From Psammoneis japonica (lineage: Eukaryota): a DNA stretch of 64,000 nucleotides. This document shows, in pieces, positions 45,501 through 57,400 of this stretch (position 1 is its first letter; every line of letters starts with the position of its first letter). The stretch covers positions 186,001 through 250,000 of the forward strand of contig QPGO01000116.1 of NCBI GenBank assembly GCA_008632985.1, given 5' to 3'. The notes beneath the pieces are model-generated. The model was not told the DNA's origin and did not search any database. It saw only the letters and a list, made by a program, of their open reading frames with translations. Position numbers and translations under genes: made by a program.

Positions 45501-47489
45501 CTACTTGGAGTCAATCACATGCTTGGGAGGGATGGTGACTCCTTCCGACTCGTCAGTATCAATATCCAAAAGCTTTACCACTTCCTTTGGTTTCTTCTCC
45601 ATCCCATCAGCGAGTTGATCGACAAAATCCATGCACTTGTCTTTTCTCGTCTTCCACTCTTGCCTCATGGCATTGATACGCATCTTGGTCCGTCGAGGAC
45701 ACTGTTCCCTGGCCAACTGTGCTGCACTTTTGGGAGGTCCACGTTTCATTAACGATTGTGGCGGCCTCTTGGGTGGTGCATTGATACGATCCTTGACGGC
45801 CTTAACTTTTTGTTTTAGGGTGTCGACTTCTTCTTGAGCCTTTTGAAGTTGCTCTGCCAATTCATCATTGCTGGCTACTTGTAGCACGACATTAAGTTCC
45901 TTGGCAATGGCCGCATCCTTTTGGCGTAATGATTCAAACTCACGGCTGGCATCTTGCATTTCCTGAGGATTCGTCACGAGTGCCATGATTTCTTTAGCTT
46001 TACTATCTTGATTTGCCCAATACAAGACCTTTGTTGTCTTTTTGGTTTCAAATTCCTTTTTGAACACGAGGTTCTTATCTAACAACGATAGCATAACGTG
46101 ATTGAGAGCCGTATCGGTCGTTTTCAAATCGTGTGCCAACGTCTTGAGAGAAAAGGGCTTGCAACTAAAAAGCATATGGTGCAACACATCTTCCTGAAAT
46201 GTCCTCTTCTTTTGTTTCTTTTTTTTCGGCGGAGCCGTCCTTTGATCTAAAGTTTGGAGGTCACCCTTTTCAGTACTTGCTGCCTTGGGTCTACCATTCG
46301 AACTCGAGCCTACAGCTTCCTTCGGCGGTTTCGTTTCGGTATCCTTCTTGCTCTTGCTACTCTCGTGGATAGTAGAAGTACCCGGCTCCTTGGGTTTGCT
46401 AGCAGAAGTCAAGGCTGCAGCTTCCCTGAGGGATTTCGTTTCGGAATCCTTCTTCTTCTTACTGCTGCTAGTTGAAGGTGCTTTTTTGGCCGACTCTGCA
46501 CTTTCGCCAGGCGTAGGATGGTGCTTTGCTACCTTGCGCTTCCTCTTGACTGGTTTCTGTTGGGATTTCGGAGTGGCCGCGCTCTTTGAATTAGATGTTG
46601 GCTTTGCATGTGTTGAGGCAGGCTTCGAATCAGTCGCACCTGACTTTTTGTTGGCTTTTGGTGTCGTCGACTTGGTTTCGGGTTTCTTATCCTGACTCTC
46701 GGGGATGGCTTTCGAGACCGTTGCGCTTGATACGTCAGATTTTGGATTCGCAGCTTTTCGAGACTGACTTTCACCTGTAACTTTCGAGTCATCTGTGCTT
46801 GATACGTCAGACTTTGGCTTTGCAAGTTTTGACTCTTTTAGAACTGTGGATTTCGCTGCGGGTTTCTCGACGTCATCAATCTCAATGATTCTCGACGCAG
46901 CTGTCTTCTTTTTTTCCTGTACGCTACTTTCTTTCTTCTCGGTATTGATTGCCTTACTCTCCTTATTACTGGCTGTATTCTTGACTGTAGGCTTTTTGGG
47001 AGTGTTCTTCTTCTTCTTGGGCGTGGCATTTTTCTTTTTCGGCGTTGGCTCTCCAAATTGCATATCAAATGACTCCTCTGACGCTGCGGTTAGTGTCAAG
47101 AGCGAATCTGGGGTATGGTTTTTCTTTGGACGAGGAGTACCCTTTCGTTTGAGCTTGGGACTTGGATCTTGAGATCCCTTGAGGGGTTGAGAGTATTGCT
47201 GAGAACCCAGCAAGGCATACGGTTGAGAAATGTCCTCTTGGGTACCTATGAGAGGGGATACTTCGTCTTCAGGAACAACTATCGATTCTTCGTCGCTGCT
47301 ACTGTCCGATTCTGTGTCGGGTAAGGAACCAAGATCCTCAGAAGATGAAGACTCATGGTCGCTGTTGTCGTTGCCTTTGAATGAAAACACGTCGCTTTCT
47401 TCGGATGACGACGATTCACCATCATCTGTCGTATCGGCGATATCAACAACGACACGACGCCTCTTTTTTGATGAATTCTGCCTGGACAT
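45501..47489 (-). CDS. HOP2: Hop2/TBPIP-like protein with a long acidic then Lys/Ser/Thr-rich N-terminal extension
   Basis: C-terminal winged helix (KPFSLKTLA..LLDKNLVFKKEF..KVLYWANQ), a coiled coil and WKTRKDKCMD, matching the Hop2 layout. Confidence 0.7.
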   Translation of the reverse strand: MSRQNSSKKRRRVVVDIADTTDDGESSSSEESDVFSFKGNDNSDHESSSSEDLGSLPDTESDSSSDEESIVVPEDEVSPLIGTQEDISQPYALLGSQQYSQPLKGSQDPSPKLKRKGTPRPKKNHTPDSLLTLTAASEESFDMQFGEPTPKKKNATPKKKKNTPKKPTVKNTASNKESKAINTEKKESSVQEKKKTAASRIIEIDDVEKPAAKSTVLKESKLAKPKSDVSSTDDSKVTGESQSRKAANPKSDVSSATVSKAIPESQDKKPETKSTTPKANKKSGATDSKPASTHAKPTSNSKSAATPKSQQKPVKRKRKVAKHHPTPGESAESAKKAPSTSSSKKKKDSETKSLREAAALTSASKPKEPGTSTIHESSKSKKDTETKPPKEAVGSSSNGRPKAASTEKGDLQTLDQRTAPPKKKKQKKRTFQEDVLHHMLFSCKPFSLKTLAHDLKTTDTALNHVMLSLLDKNLVFKKEFETKKTTKVLYWANQDSKAKEIMALVTNPQEMQDASREFESLRQKDAAIAKELNVVLQVASNDELAEQLQKAQEEVDTLKQKVKAVKDRINAPPKRPPQSLMKRGPPKSAAQLAREQCPRRTKMRINAMRQEWKTRKDKCMDFVDQLADGMEKKPKEVVKLLDIDTDESEGVTIPPKHVIDSK

Positions 47490-48168
47490 GGCTAAGAAAA
47501 TTCAGCTATCGTGGGAAGTTGCGTTTCTGCAGCAACAACGAAAATTCAGACGAGTACATCAAGGCATGTGAAATGGGACCGAGAGGAGGAGTCGTCGTCG
47601 TCGAGTGATGACAACAACTCCTGTTTTGTGTTTGATGATGGTGCAGAAAGTTTGGCAAGTTCTCTCGAGGCTTGGGCTGAATTCAAATTGCTTTATGCTA
47701 CCTTAAAATACTCATAATGTATAAGATATAAATAATATTCCACTAATGAGGAAAAAGAGCAAGTGAATTGTAATCATAATTATATATGGATATTGATTTT
47801 GTATTCGTACAGTAATAATAAAATATTGGCATAATTTGACTACATACACCCGAAGGCACTGACACACTGACAAGGTCACAAATTTCGAGCATGGCATGAC
47901 GGAAGATGAAGCGAAAGAAGGCAACTTGTCTCTAATAGCAACTTCAAACTGCGTTGGAAATGAGATTTTCAGCGGAGTCGCTGCGTTGCTAATGGAAACC
48001 ACGAAGCGGCACACGATCACAATACAGTATACAGTCAATAGGAATCGACATAGCCGACACAGGCTTCAGAAAAGTGCCGGGATTGAAACACTGCTGAATA
48101 AGAAGCCACAGGTAAGAACACGGAAAGAATACTGCTAGAAATTATTAGCGCATCTTTATACCAGTTTC

Positions 48169-49212
48169 TTATACTAAGCTTGATTGAGAGAATGGAGTCT
48201 TCTTTTTATCACGCAGCGCCTGACTCACTTTCCGGCGTGCTTCTCGGTCATGAACGACATACCACTTTTGCTCGAGAGAATCCCACTCCAAGAAGCGACC
48301 ACCCAAATCGTGTTGAATGAACGCCACCACTTCTTTCACCATATCTGTCTTATCTTGCTTGACAGTCAATTCCTTGTAGTGGGGACGGTATTCTTCGATG
48401 ATCGCACGGTAGGAAATGTTGCCCACGTGGTGATTTGACTCACCACCACGACCGAACAAGATATCCGAATCCGTCTTGTCGACGAATTGAATGTTATCCG
48501 ATTCGACAAGTCGCTTCTTTCGTGGTGTCTTTTCGACGACTGGAAGAGCTTGAGCAAGAGACCTGGCGTGTCGGCCTTGTAGACATTTCAAGTCTTCATC
48601 AGAGCAATATGAAACTGGCTCGGGCTCTTCTTGTGGAGGGGCAGCTTCTGCTACTTTTTCATTAATGTCGAGAAGCTGATCGTAGAATTCATGCAGCCAC
48701 TCACCCGAGGTGCAGCGGTTTTCTTCTTGGGTGGCAGCTTTGCTGACTACGGGACTACCGGAATCAACGGAAACAGGATGATTCTCAACCAAGTCTACGA
48801 ATACGAGAGAGCAGTACGACTGGCTCGATGTACTGCGCTTCCTCTTGGGAGGTGGCGGGCAGATCAGTGCCTCGGGAAGGGCTTGAGCCAGAGACGCTGC
48901 ATGACGACCTTGTAGACATTCTTCTTTTGTCGAAGAAAGCTCTTCTTGATCTCGTAGGTCTTCAATGGTGCTTTCTTGGAGGGACGTTACCTCTACGGAT
49001 GTGTATCGACGTAGGTCTTCGGGTGCTCCAGTTTCCATCACGGCTGAGAAGAATTCGTCCATCCACTCACCGCTGGCGGTACGTTGCTCATGGAGAGCCC
49101 TCGTTGGAATATCCACGCAACGGTCGTTGCCGGAATCAATGTTGCTCTGAGCGACATCGTCCGTGTCGGGGAGAGCAGTGAAACTCGTCATTTTGAAATG
49201 TGTAGTCACCAT
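48169..49212 (-). CDS. Protein with C-terminal DUF6824 domain and an internally duplicated N-terminal motif
   Basis: SDILFGRGGESNHHVGNISYR...GGRFL...ARRKVSQALRD, with the repeat SGEW..EF / CLQGRHA.SLAQALP present twice. Confidence 0.85.
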   Translation of the reverse strand: MVTTHFKMTSFTALPDTDDVAQSNIDSGNDRCVDIPTRALHEQRTASGEWMDEFFSAVMETGAPEDLRRYTSVEVTSLQESTIEDLRDQEELSSTKEECLQGRHAASLAQALPEALICPPPPKRKRSTSSQSYCSLVFVDLVENHPVSVDSGSPVVSKAATQEENRCTSGEWLHEFYDQLLDINEKVAEAAPPQEEPEPVSYCSDEDLKCLQGRHARSLAQALPVVEKTPRKKRLVESDNIQFVDKTDSDILFGRGGESNHHVGNISYRAIIEEYRPHYKELTVKQDKTDMVKEVVAFIQHDLGGRFLEWDSLEQKWYVVHDREARRKVSQALRDKKKTPFSQSSLV

Positions 49213-49588
49213 AATTCTTACACGTCGTGAGCAATCAAGGTCTTGTTGCCGTGATTTTTAACTTTTGAGATGAATGGCCCTTGCTTGGAGCTGCCGTGGT
49301 GGACAAAGTTGAGGTTTTATGGGAATGCCAAGGAGTTCATCGAACTTCCTCTGTGACAAACTTCAATGCATGTCTGAGAACCACGACTAAACGCGGTGAC
49401 CCAAGTAAGACCCAAAATACGCGTTTTCTCCCTGTCCGTCGATCCGTTTTTCTTTTAGTTCGCGGATGCTTGATTCGCAGTTCGCGGATGCGATGGCTAT
49501 GGAAGTCATCATTTGACCATTCTCAAGAGTAGGATCCTTCCATCGACTGAAGAGATGACTGATGTTGGAATCCGGTTCATATCAACGA

Positions 49589-51852
49589 GTGAACCCAGAC
49601 TCGAGCAGCGCCTTTTCTGCCGTAAATGCTGACAAGATTGTCTTTGCCATCGCCACTGAAGTCGCCAACCAACCACTTTTGACTGTCCCAGAAGCTCAAA
49701 GAGATGACTGAAATTCAAATCTGTTTCCTGTTGGTGAACCCAGGCTCAAGCTGTGAAGCCACAGAAGTCACCAACAAACACTTCTCAGCCTGTCCCAGAA
49801 GTCTGCTGTTGTGTCTGGAAAGATGACCTGCAGTTGAATCTGCTTGCCATGAAGAATTGAAACCAGATTTAAGACATGTCATCTTGTGGGACACCAATCA
49901 TGTCACAGGCTGCATGGATGTCATCATCCTCATGACCTTGTCTGATGCAAATGTTGGCATCAGCAAAGCACTTCATTTCTTCAAAGTCGAAAGATCGCAC
50001 AAGAGACACTTGGTTTGACGCAGCAAGTTGTCTTGGTTGCTGCTTTCAAAGATTTGTCAAAGCCAAATGGGCTGCAGGAAAATTTGAGGAAGTCTTGCCT
50101 CTGGGGAGTGCAACCCCTGCGTTGCACTTGCAGAGCAAGCAACGCCAAATTTGCAAAGTGTCAGAGCTCTGGTGGATTTTGCAGTTGTCGGCAAACCCAG
50201 TGTGACAGCTGGCCCTGTTCCAAAGGGCTTTTCTGCTTGCAGTGCTTGGCACACAGGCTTGCTTGCCTGATGACCATGCATGCCAGCTCTGGAGGCACAT
50301 CCTTCCTGACAATTGGCAGCCCAGAAGCCACAGCACAGCTCTGCGCTTCATTCAAAAAGTGCCAGATGTGCCACGGCAAGCAAGGCCAGGTGTGTCTCCT
50401 GCATGATGTCATTTCATGTTTCCAACCAGAAAGGCGGAGGGGGCGCAGTGCTCAAAGGTGCCAGACTTGCTGGAGCAGCAACTGCAGACAAGAACAAGCA
50501 GCACCCAACAGCACAAGGGGAGAGGACAATGACTTGCCACTTCCATTTTGGCGTTTCATTTTGAGCTCCACTCCAAAAAAATGCAATGTTGTGGCATGTG
50601 ACCTGGTGACCTCTCTGGGCGTCAAAGCTTGACATGATTTTTTTTGGGAAAAAAGCTGCAAGACAGAACCAGTCAACAGGATTGTCACAAGCACCGTCAG
50701 TTGCTTCTCACAGCCAGCGTTGATCTTGTCAGCACTGGGGCTGACAGACAGGCAGCTGCAGCTTTGGCTGCAACAACAATTGCGCCAAGTTCCAGCAGCA
50801 CATTGTGCAGACTTTTGGGCAGTGCTGCAAGGTCACCTGTTCCTTGTTGTGCTGGAAAAGAGCACATTGTTGTGTTGGAGAGATGTCTGCTTCTGCACAC
50901 CAAAGTGCCTGTGCCATTGGTGGCCGCACATGCACAGCCACAAGCCCACAAGGGTGCCCTCAAGCAACTTTTTTTCTGTCTTGAACTTGTGATTGCTAAA
51001 GATCAGTGACAACAACGGCGCACCATTGTGGCTTTTTTGGAAATGCTGCCTTCCAAGACAAATTTGTGGTTGCTGATGACAGCAAGAACAACCTTGCCAA
51101 TCTCTTGTCATTCACGTGCATCATGGCCAAAGTGGTGCCACCCATTTTCGTGCCATTGTGCACCTTGTTTTCCAAGCAAATGTGCAACCTGCCTTTGTGA
51201 TCATCTTTGAAAATCTTGTGGGAGTTGAAGAGTGATCTTTTCTTGTCTCACTTGTGGCACCAAATTCATGCATGACAATTTCCTTGAGCATCTCGCTGGA
51301 TGCAAGCATCAACCTGCGGGCCCACCCCTGCTTTGTCTGCTGCAACTTTTCCCCAAAATGCCTTGACAGTGATGCAGTTTCCATTTGAGACAAGTGTCAC
51401 AGCCAAAACCAAAGGAAGAAACCAGTGCTTGAACTTGTTTGCCTTTAGTTTTTGTGGTGGATTGATGAACAATTCAGCAAAAATGCATCAGCTTGTTCCT
51501 TTTCCCGTGTGTGAACCCCACCTTGTTTTTTTTTGGAGTGGAACAGTCTCTTCTTTCTTGAAATCAAGTCACATCATGCCAGCAAACATTGTTGAACATT
51601 GTGGTCATTCAATGAACAAGAAAGAACAACAGATTATCTTGCCACAATTGAACAAATGAACAATGTTCACAGTGTTTCAAGCTTGTCGAATGGACCCGCT
51701 CAACAAACAGATTTCGTTTCACAAAAACAACAGAAGAATCAATTGTCTTGACACAACTGAAAAACAATGAATGTATGTTCTCCTTGAATGGCCAGAAAAT
51801 GAAGTAGTGCCTTCTGCTCAATCACTCGACGTTCTCTCGAGTCCCGGTGCAC
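49589..51852. mobile_element. Block D: TpA/CpG-depleted degenerate element bounded by imperfect 17-bp inverted repeats
   Basis: gtgaacccagactcgag (49589-49605) versus the reverse complement of 51836-51852, gtgcaccgggactcgag (14/17 identical). The interior is TA-poor. No transposase was recognised. Confidence 0.5.
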
Positions 51853-52047
51853 AGGTGAGTTGGCAACTGTTGTTGTCCTAGGATCAGCTTTGTACTGTAT
51901 GAATGAGTTATGCTATTGCCACAACCTTATCTCCGCCTCATCTCGAAGCGTAGCCTCACGCTACCTCAAACTCACATGAATAAAGAATGCTACATTAGAA
52001 AGAACATGATTAAGCTACTTCTACTTCAACACGCTACCAGCCCATCA

Positions 52048-53484
52048 TTACGTCGAGCCATTCTCGTTGGATTGTAGGGAGATTTGCTGTTTCTTCATGT
52101 ATTCCGAAACCATCTCATTGGATGGCTGGTGATTGGGTTGCTTTTTCAGATATTCCGAGATCAGCTGTGCACATCGTTCGCGAGAAACATTCGTGAAGCG
52201 CTGAATGATTTCGACGGCATTATTCGCAAAGTACGAGAGTGGAATGTATCCCACCATGTCCTTGTCCATGGCAAAGTACACTTCTCCAACTTCGGAGCTT
52301 TCCACTCCGAGTGGCGAAAGAAGTTTGAACAAAGCACAAAAGGTGACAGTGTTGGGAGGCGCATCTCGTCCCAACCGCCGCAAGTCGCGAAAGGGGCACA
52401 TGCAATCCGGATCGTCGTCGCTGCTATCTTGATCACTCTCCGTTTCGGACGACACGGTTGTGGCTGTGAGCAAGCTATCCACACGGAATACTTTGGCAAC
52501 TTCGCCTTTGCGATGCCGATGGTGTTGATCCTTGTGAAGCAAACTCACGCCCTCCAGGATTTCATCGACTGTACTTGCAGGATCCGGCTCCTTGACGCGA
52601 CCAATAATCCGAGCAGGGGCTCCCACCGCTGTGGCACCCGACGGAATAGATCTTAGCACAATGCTGCCAGCTCCAATCTTTGCGTTGTCGCCAACATGAA
52701 TATTACCAAGGATACAGGCACCCGCCCCCACCAAAACGTGTGCGCCGATTTTTGGATGCCGATCACCGGAATCTTTTCCCGTGCCACCAAGAGTTACACC
52801 ATGAAGCAGGGTACATCCATCTCCCAGAACGGCGGTTTCTCCAATCACAACACCTGTGCCGTGGTCCAGCAAGACTCCAGCCCCAATCTGCGCCGCAGGA
52901 TGAATGTCAACTCCAAAGACGGCTGATGCCTGTGACTGGAAGAAGAAGGAGAGCATGCTCCTCTTTTTCTGAGCAAGCTTTTTTAGATACAAATGCCTCG
53001 CCGCCCGATGACACACCAACGATGCAAATCCCTTGAAGAAGAGCACCACTTCCAGTATCGTCTGACAGGCTGGATCGCGATTTAGAACGGCCAGTGCATC
53101 CTTACGAACCGCCTCGCCCATGGTATGGCCCAGTTCTAGATATTCTAGAGCCTCACTCGTCTCGTCCAGAGCTGACGAAATAATATTTCGGACGGTCTCC
53201 AGAGAGCAACAGGTACCAGTGGTACCATTGAGCAGACGATATGCAATCGTGGTGGCAACCGCATCGTCAAACGTTTCCACGTGAGGAGCTAGAACGGTCT
53301 GATCTAGCAGATACTGTAGCTCCGGCTCATTCTCGAGGGCCTGCAAAGCTTCATTGCGCAGCTGTTGGGACATGTCAGTTGTGGAAGTTCCGTTCATTTC
53401 TTCGTTATCAGAGGTTACACTTATGACAGGTGAAGCGTGTAAGAGGGGAGTCGCAATCGCAACGCCGTTGGTTGCGGCCATCAT
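52048..53484 (-). CDS. cysE: Serine O-acetyltransferase with C-terminal extension
   Basis: RDPAC..LFFKGF, FGVDIHPAAQIG, DHGTGVVIGETA and GVTLGGTGKDSGDRHPKIG hexapeptide domain. Confidence 0.95.
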   Translation of the reverse strand: MMAATNGVAIATPLLHASPVISVTSDNEEMNGTSTTDMSQQLRNEALQALENEPELQYLLDQTVLAPHVETFDDAVATTIAYRLLNGTTGTCCSLETVRNIISSALDETSEALEYLELGHTMGEAVRKDALAVLNRDPACQTILEVVLFFKGFASLVCHRAARHLYLKKLAQKKRSMLSFFFQSQASAVFGVDIHPAAQIGAGVLLDHGTGVVIGETAVLGDGCTLLHGVTLGGTGKDSGDRHPKIGAHVLVGAGACILGNIHVGDNAKIGAGSIVLRSIPSGATAVGAPARIIGRVKEPDPASTVDEILEGVSLLHKDQHHRHRKGEVAKVFRVDSLLTATTVSSETESDQDSSDDDPDCMCPFRDLRRLGRDAPPNTVTFCALFKLLSPLGVESSEVGEVYFAMDKDMVGYIPLSYFANNAVEIIQRFTNVSRERCAQLISEYLKKQPNHQPSNEMVSEYMKKQQISLQSNENGST

Positions 53485-53642
53485 GGTTGATTATTTCTTT
53501 CTTGCGTTGCCTGCAGAGCAGACATGACCGAAGATGAAATCTTTCCATGCGCGCGAACATTTTCGACGACCGTCGAACGCGCACTCCGTCGTGTAGATAC
53601 AGACAAAAACAAACCACGGACGCACAAGCAAATCGACAATGC

Positions 53643-54451
53643 AAGATGCTCTGTGATTTTTGAACCCTTCGACTGTCGCGATGCCAGTCCAAAATGCAAG
53701 AAAACAGCATGAAGACTAAGTGCAAAGGTTGATGGTCCAAGACACTGACATCTTTTCAGACCATTCAATCAAGGTTTTTGTCTCCCCTCCATGCTCCTCC
53801 GAGTTTGTTCAAAGCCCAGCACATCGCAGTGCACCTGGGTGCCCTCAGAGTGCGTGCACGCCCTTCTCTCGCGAGAGGAAAAAGAGCTGCTTTTTTCCAA
53901 GGAGAGCACAACTTGTGTTTCACCTCTCAACAACAACAGCACCACAGGTTGAGTCAAACACAGCCAAAGCACAGCCTCAGAGGAGGATGGGGCAAGAAAG
54001 AAAATTCTCTCTCTCGAGCGGCAAACATGCTCTCTCAAGATGAGCCAAAGATGCTCTGTGATTTTTGAACCCTTCGACTGCCATGATGCCAGCAGCCCAA
54101 AACACAAGAAAACAGCATGAAGGCTCCCTGCAATGGTTGATGGTGCAAGACACTGACATCTTTTCAGACCACCAGTCAATCAAGGTTTTTGTCTCCCCTT
54201 CATGCTGCTCCTCCTCTCCGAGTTTGTTCAAAGCCCAGCATGTCGCAGCACACCTGGGTGTCCTCAGAGTGCGTGCACACCCTTCTCTTGTGAGAGGAGA
54301 GAGAGCTGCTTTGGAAAACACAACTTGCGTTTCACCTCTCAACAACAACAGCACCACAGATTGAATCAAACACAGCCAAAGCACAGCCTCAGAGGAGGAT
54401 GGGGCAAGAAAGAAAATTCTCTCTTGAGCGGCAGACATGCTCTCTTAAGAT
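53643..54451 (+). repeat. Tandem duplication of ~405 bp (about 53643-54040 and 54047-54451) upstream of the SAT gene, followed by a 20-G run
   Basis: aagatgctctgtgatttttgaacccttcgactg...ggggcaagaaag(a)aaattctctct..gagcggca.acatgctctct.aagatg is present twice. Confidence 0.92.
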
Positions 54452-54479
54452 GGTGGGGGGGGGGGGGGGGGGGGCAGCT

Positions 54480-57400
54480 CTCCTCATTCTGAAATGCACC
54501 AGCTCTCTGCACACACCAGTTGATTTGACAGTGTTTTTGTCAAGCCACTGGGCTTTTTTGCAAACTTTTTTTGCGCTGACATTCATGCAGAAACACGACT
54601 GCAAAGAAAAACAAAGCTTTCCTGTCTCACAGAGGTTGGTGCTGGTGCTTTAAACTGCCATCTGCAGACATTGTGCCACTTGCAGCTCACCTCTGCTGGT
54701 GCAGACAGATCTTCAAATGAGAGACTTTTGAACGAATCACAAGGTTTTTGGTGCATTCATGTGTGTTGTGCACCATGTTTAGCGCCAAACCCATGCAAGA
54801 AGATTGAGCTCCTAAATGAAGATGAGCCAACAGCCATCATGACCAAGGCAAGAATGCAAAAATTCCAAAAAACAGGTTGACAAGGCTGCATTCCATGTGT
54901 GGTCATTTGGCTGAAATTTGAGTTTGGTCTTTTTCTTTGTCTTGTGGAGAGCTCGCTGATTTTTGCTTGTGTTTGGTGTCACTCTTTCTCTCTCCTTCAG
55001 ATTGTTCAGCAGCTCTTTTCACAGTGCTTGTCTCTGTCAACTTGGTGCCAGCTGCAAACAACAACAACAACAGGAGCATCTCAATGAGGTGCACTTGCAC
55101 ACTTTTTGCACGGTGTTGTTGTGGACGATGCCTTGCAAGCACACATCAATTTTTTTTTTGCAAACAAAAGAGACACTCTCTGCACTCAGTGTTTTGAGAG
55201 TGCATGGCAGCCAGCCAAAATGCCCGCAGGCAAGTGCAAAAAGTGTGCCCAACATTGCAAGCCAGGGTGACAAGAACATTGGCAATGTTCTGGTGTTGTG
55301 GCCATTTTGCTTCACTTTGAGGCAGCAGAACTTCTTCTTGTCCAAGCAATGAAATTTGTCAACATTTTGTCACCACCTCTTCTGCCACCTTTTGTGTTGA
55401 ACAGCTGCTCTGCAGTCAACAATCTTTTCTTCTGTGCCAGTGTGCAACTCACTCAAGACTCCACCACACAGGACAGTGAACAACTTGATCTTTCTGACAG
55501 CCAGCAGCAAACAAAAAAGAGGCAAGTCAGCTTCCCCAATTTTTCTGCCCAAACAAGTGCAGTCAGAAGGTTGCTCTTTTGCATCTGAGCTTTTTGTTGC
55601 ACTGTGAAAAATGTCAGCATTTTTTGTCAAACAACAGCTGGGCATGGTGGAAGAAACAGAAAAAAAGTGGCTCAAAGAGGCAGCAAAAACAGCCGCACAC
55701 AACAGAGTTTCCTGTCAAGTTGTTCTCAGAAAAAATGACTGCCTTTTGAAGATTTTTCATCATTTGTTGTCCACACTGCCCAAGAAATGAGAATGATGGC
55801 CAGCACTTCAAAGAGAGCAGACTTGAGGAAAGAAGCAACAGAAATTGGGCAGAAGCCCACTCAAACTTGCTCACACAACATGCGTCAGCAGCATCACACT
55901 GTCTCCAACCAGCTCTGTTGAGATTCACTCTTCTGGCAACCATTTCAGAGCTGCCTCAGTCCTCCAAGGTCTGATCCTGAGGGCAAAATGGACAAGCTTG
56001 TTGTCACAACACTTTCTAAAAGTCAAAGAAGAATGACGACTGCTTCTGCAGCAGTCCACATGCTTCACGTGGAGCACATGAGTGCTGATGCACATGCCCT
56101 CTTTGCACCATCTAATTTCAGTGCTTGAGCCTTTAAATCTTGATTTCCAAAACACTCCTGTTGACCAATGACAAGATCCTTGCCAGACTCCAATGTGCCA
56201 TCTTGGGGTTGGGGGGTTGGCCTCTTCTTGCTGCATTGTGTGCCCTGGAGCTCCCCTTGCTCAAATGCCCAGCAGAGTTTCTCTGGATGCACATTTGCAA
56301 AAACATGTTGGCTTGGTGATCACTGTGCTGCAGTGCCCTCTTTCTCATTCTTTTTGTGCATGCTGAAAAAGAAAGAGGTGTGCTGATCTCATTCTCAGCT
56401 GTCTAGCATGATTTTGCCACTCTCCAAAATGAACACTCTCCAAAAAGAACAACCTCTTGTTTTGCTTTGCTCAACCTTTGTTTTGTTTTGCTCAATGAAA
56501 AAATCATCTCATGATGTGTGTGAGAGACTCTTTTTGCAGCTCCACTGCAAGACAGGGGCACTCCAGAATGAAAAGTCAAACATGACCCACTGTCAAACAA
56601 AGCAAGCATGCTTGTGAGTGACACATCATGTTTTTGTCAGTGCTGGTGCTGGCTGCATTTCAGCAGATGTTGACAAGTTTAAGTTGTCTTGTGTGTCCTC
56701 CATTGTGCTTGGTTTGACAATTTTTGATCCAGTGGGCTGTTGACTTGCACTTGGCACAAGTGAGCAACTCATGGCTGTTGTCCTTTTTTCATTGACAAAG
56801 ACTGCACCCCAAAGCCCCCAACTCACCCTGATGGCAAGTGTGCCAGTGCCAGCAAAAATCTCACAAAAGAGCACCAGTCACTGCACATGTTTCTGTGTGG
56901 CTTTTTAAAAGCAGCCAAGCAGTGGGTGCCTCAGTGCAACTGAACTCTCAGATGCCCCCCTGGCTGATGCCCCACCTGCTTCTCAACTTTTTTTTTTGTG
57001 TTGGCTGGCAGGCTTTTGCTCACAGTTGTTCAAAAAGAAAATGAGGTGTCACCTCTCCAGGTGGTTGGCTGGTCAGATTTGGCAAAGTCTCCTCACTTTG
57101 GCAAGCTGAGAATCTGGACATCCCATTGGCAACTTTGAGCACTTTGGACCACCACATCCTGGTGACTTGAGGCCAAATCTTGGGCTCACCCTTCACACCA
57201 AGTTTGCTGCACCACACATTGTCGCTGCCCAAAAAGCCACAAATTTTCATGGTGCTTGATGTCACAACTTGAAATTGCACCCAATGCAGTGCACAGTGCA
57301 CACAACAAACAATGCCACATCTTCTGCTGTGGGGCTTGTTTTTTGTTCATGTGTTCTTGGTTGTCACATCATTGATCAAGGTGCAAGTGATGTTTTGCAA

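Noticed and set aside
54455..54474. Run of 20 G as a functional G-quadruplex
   Set aside because: It is a single homopolymer at a repeat junction. Its length is unreliable in assemblies and there is no supporting context.
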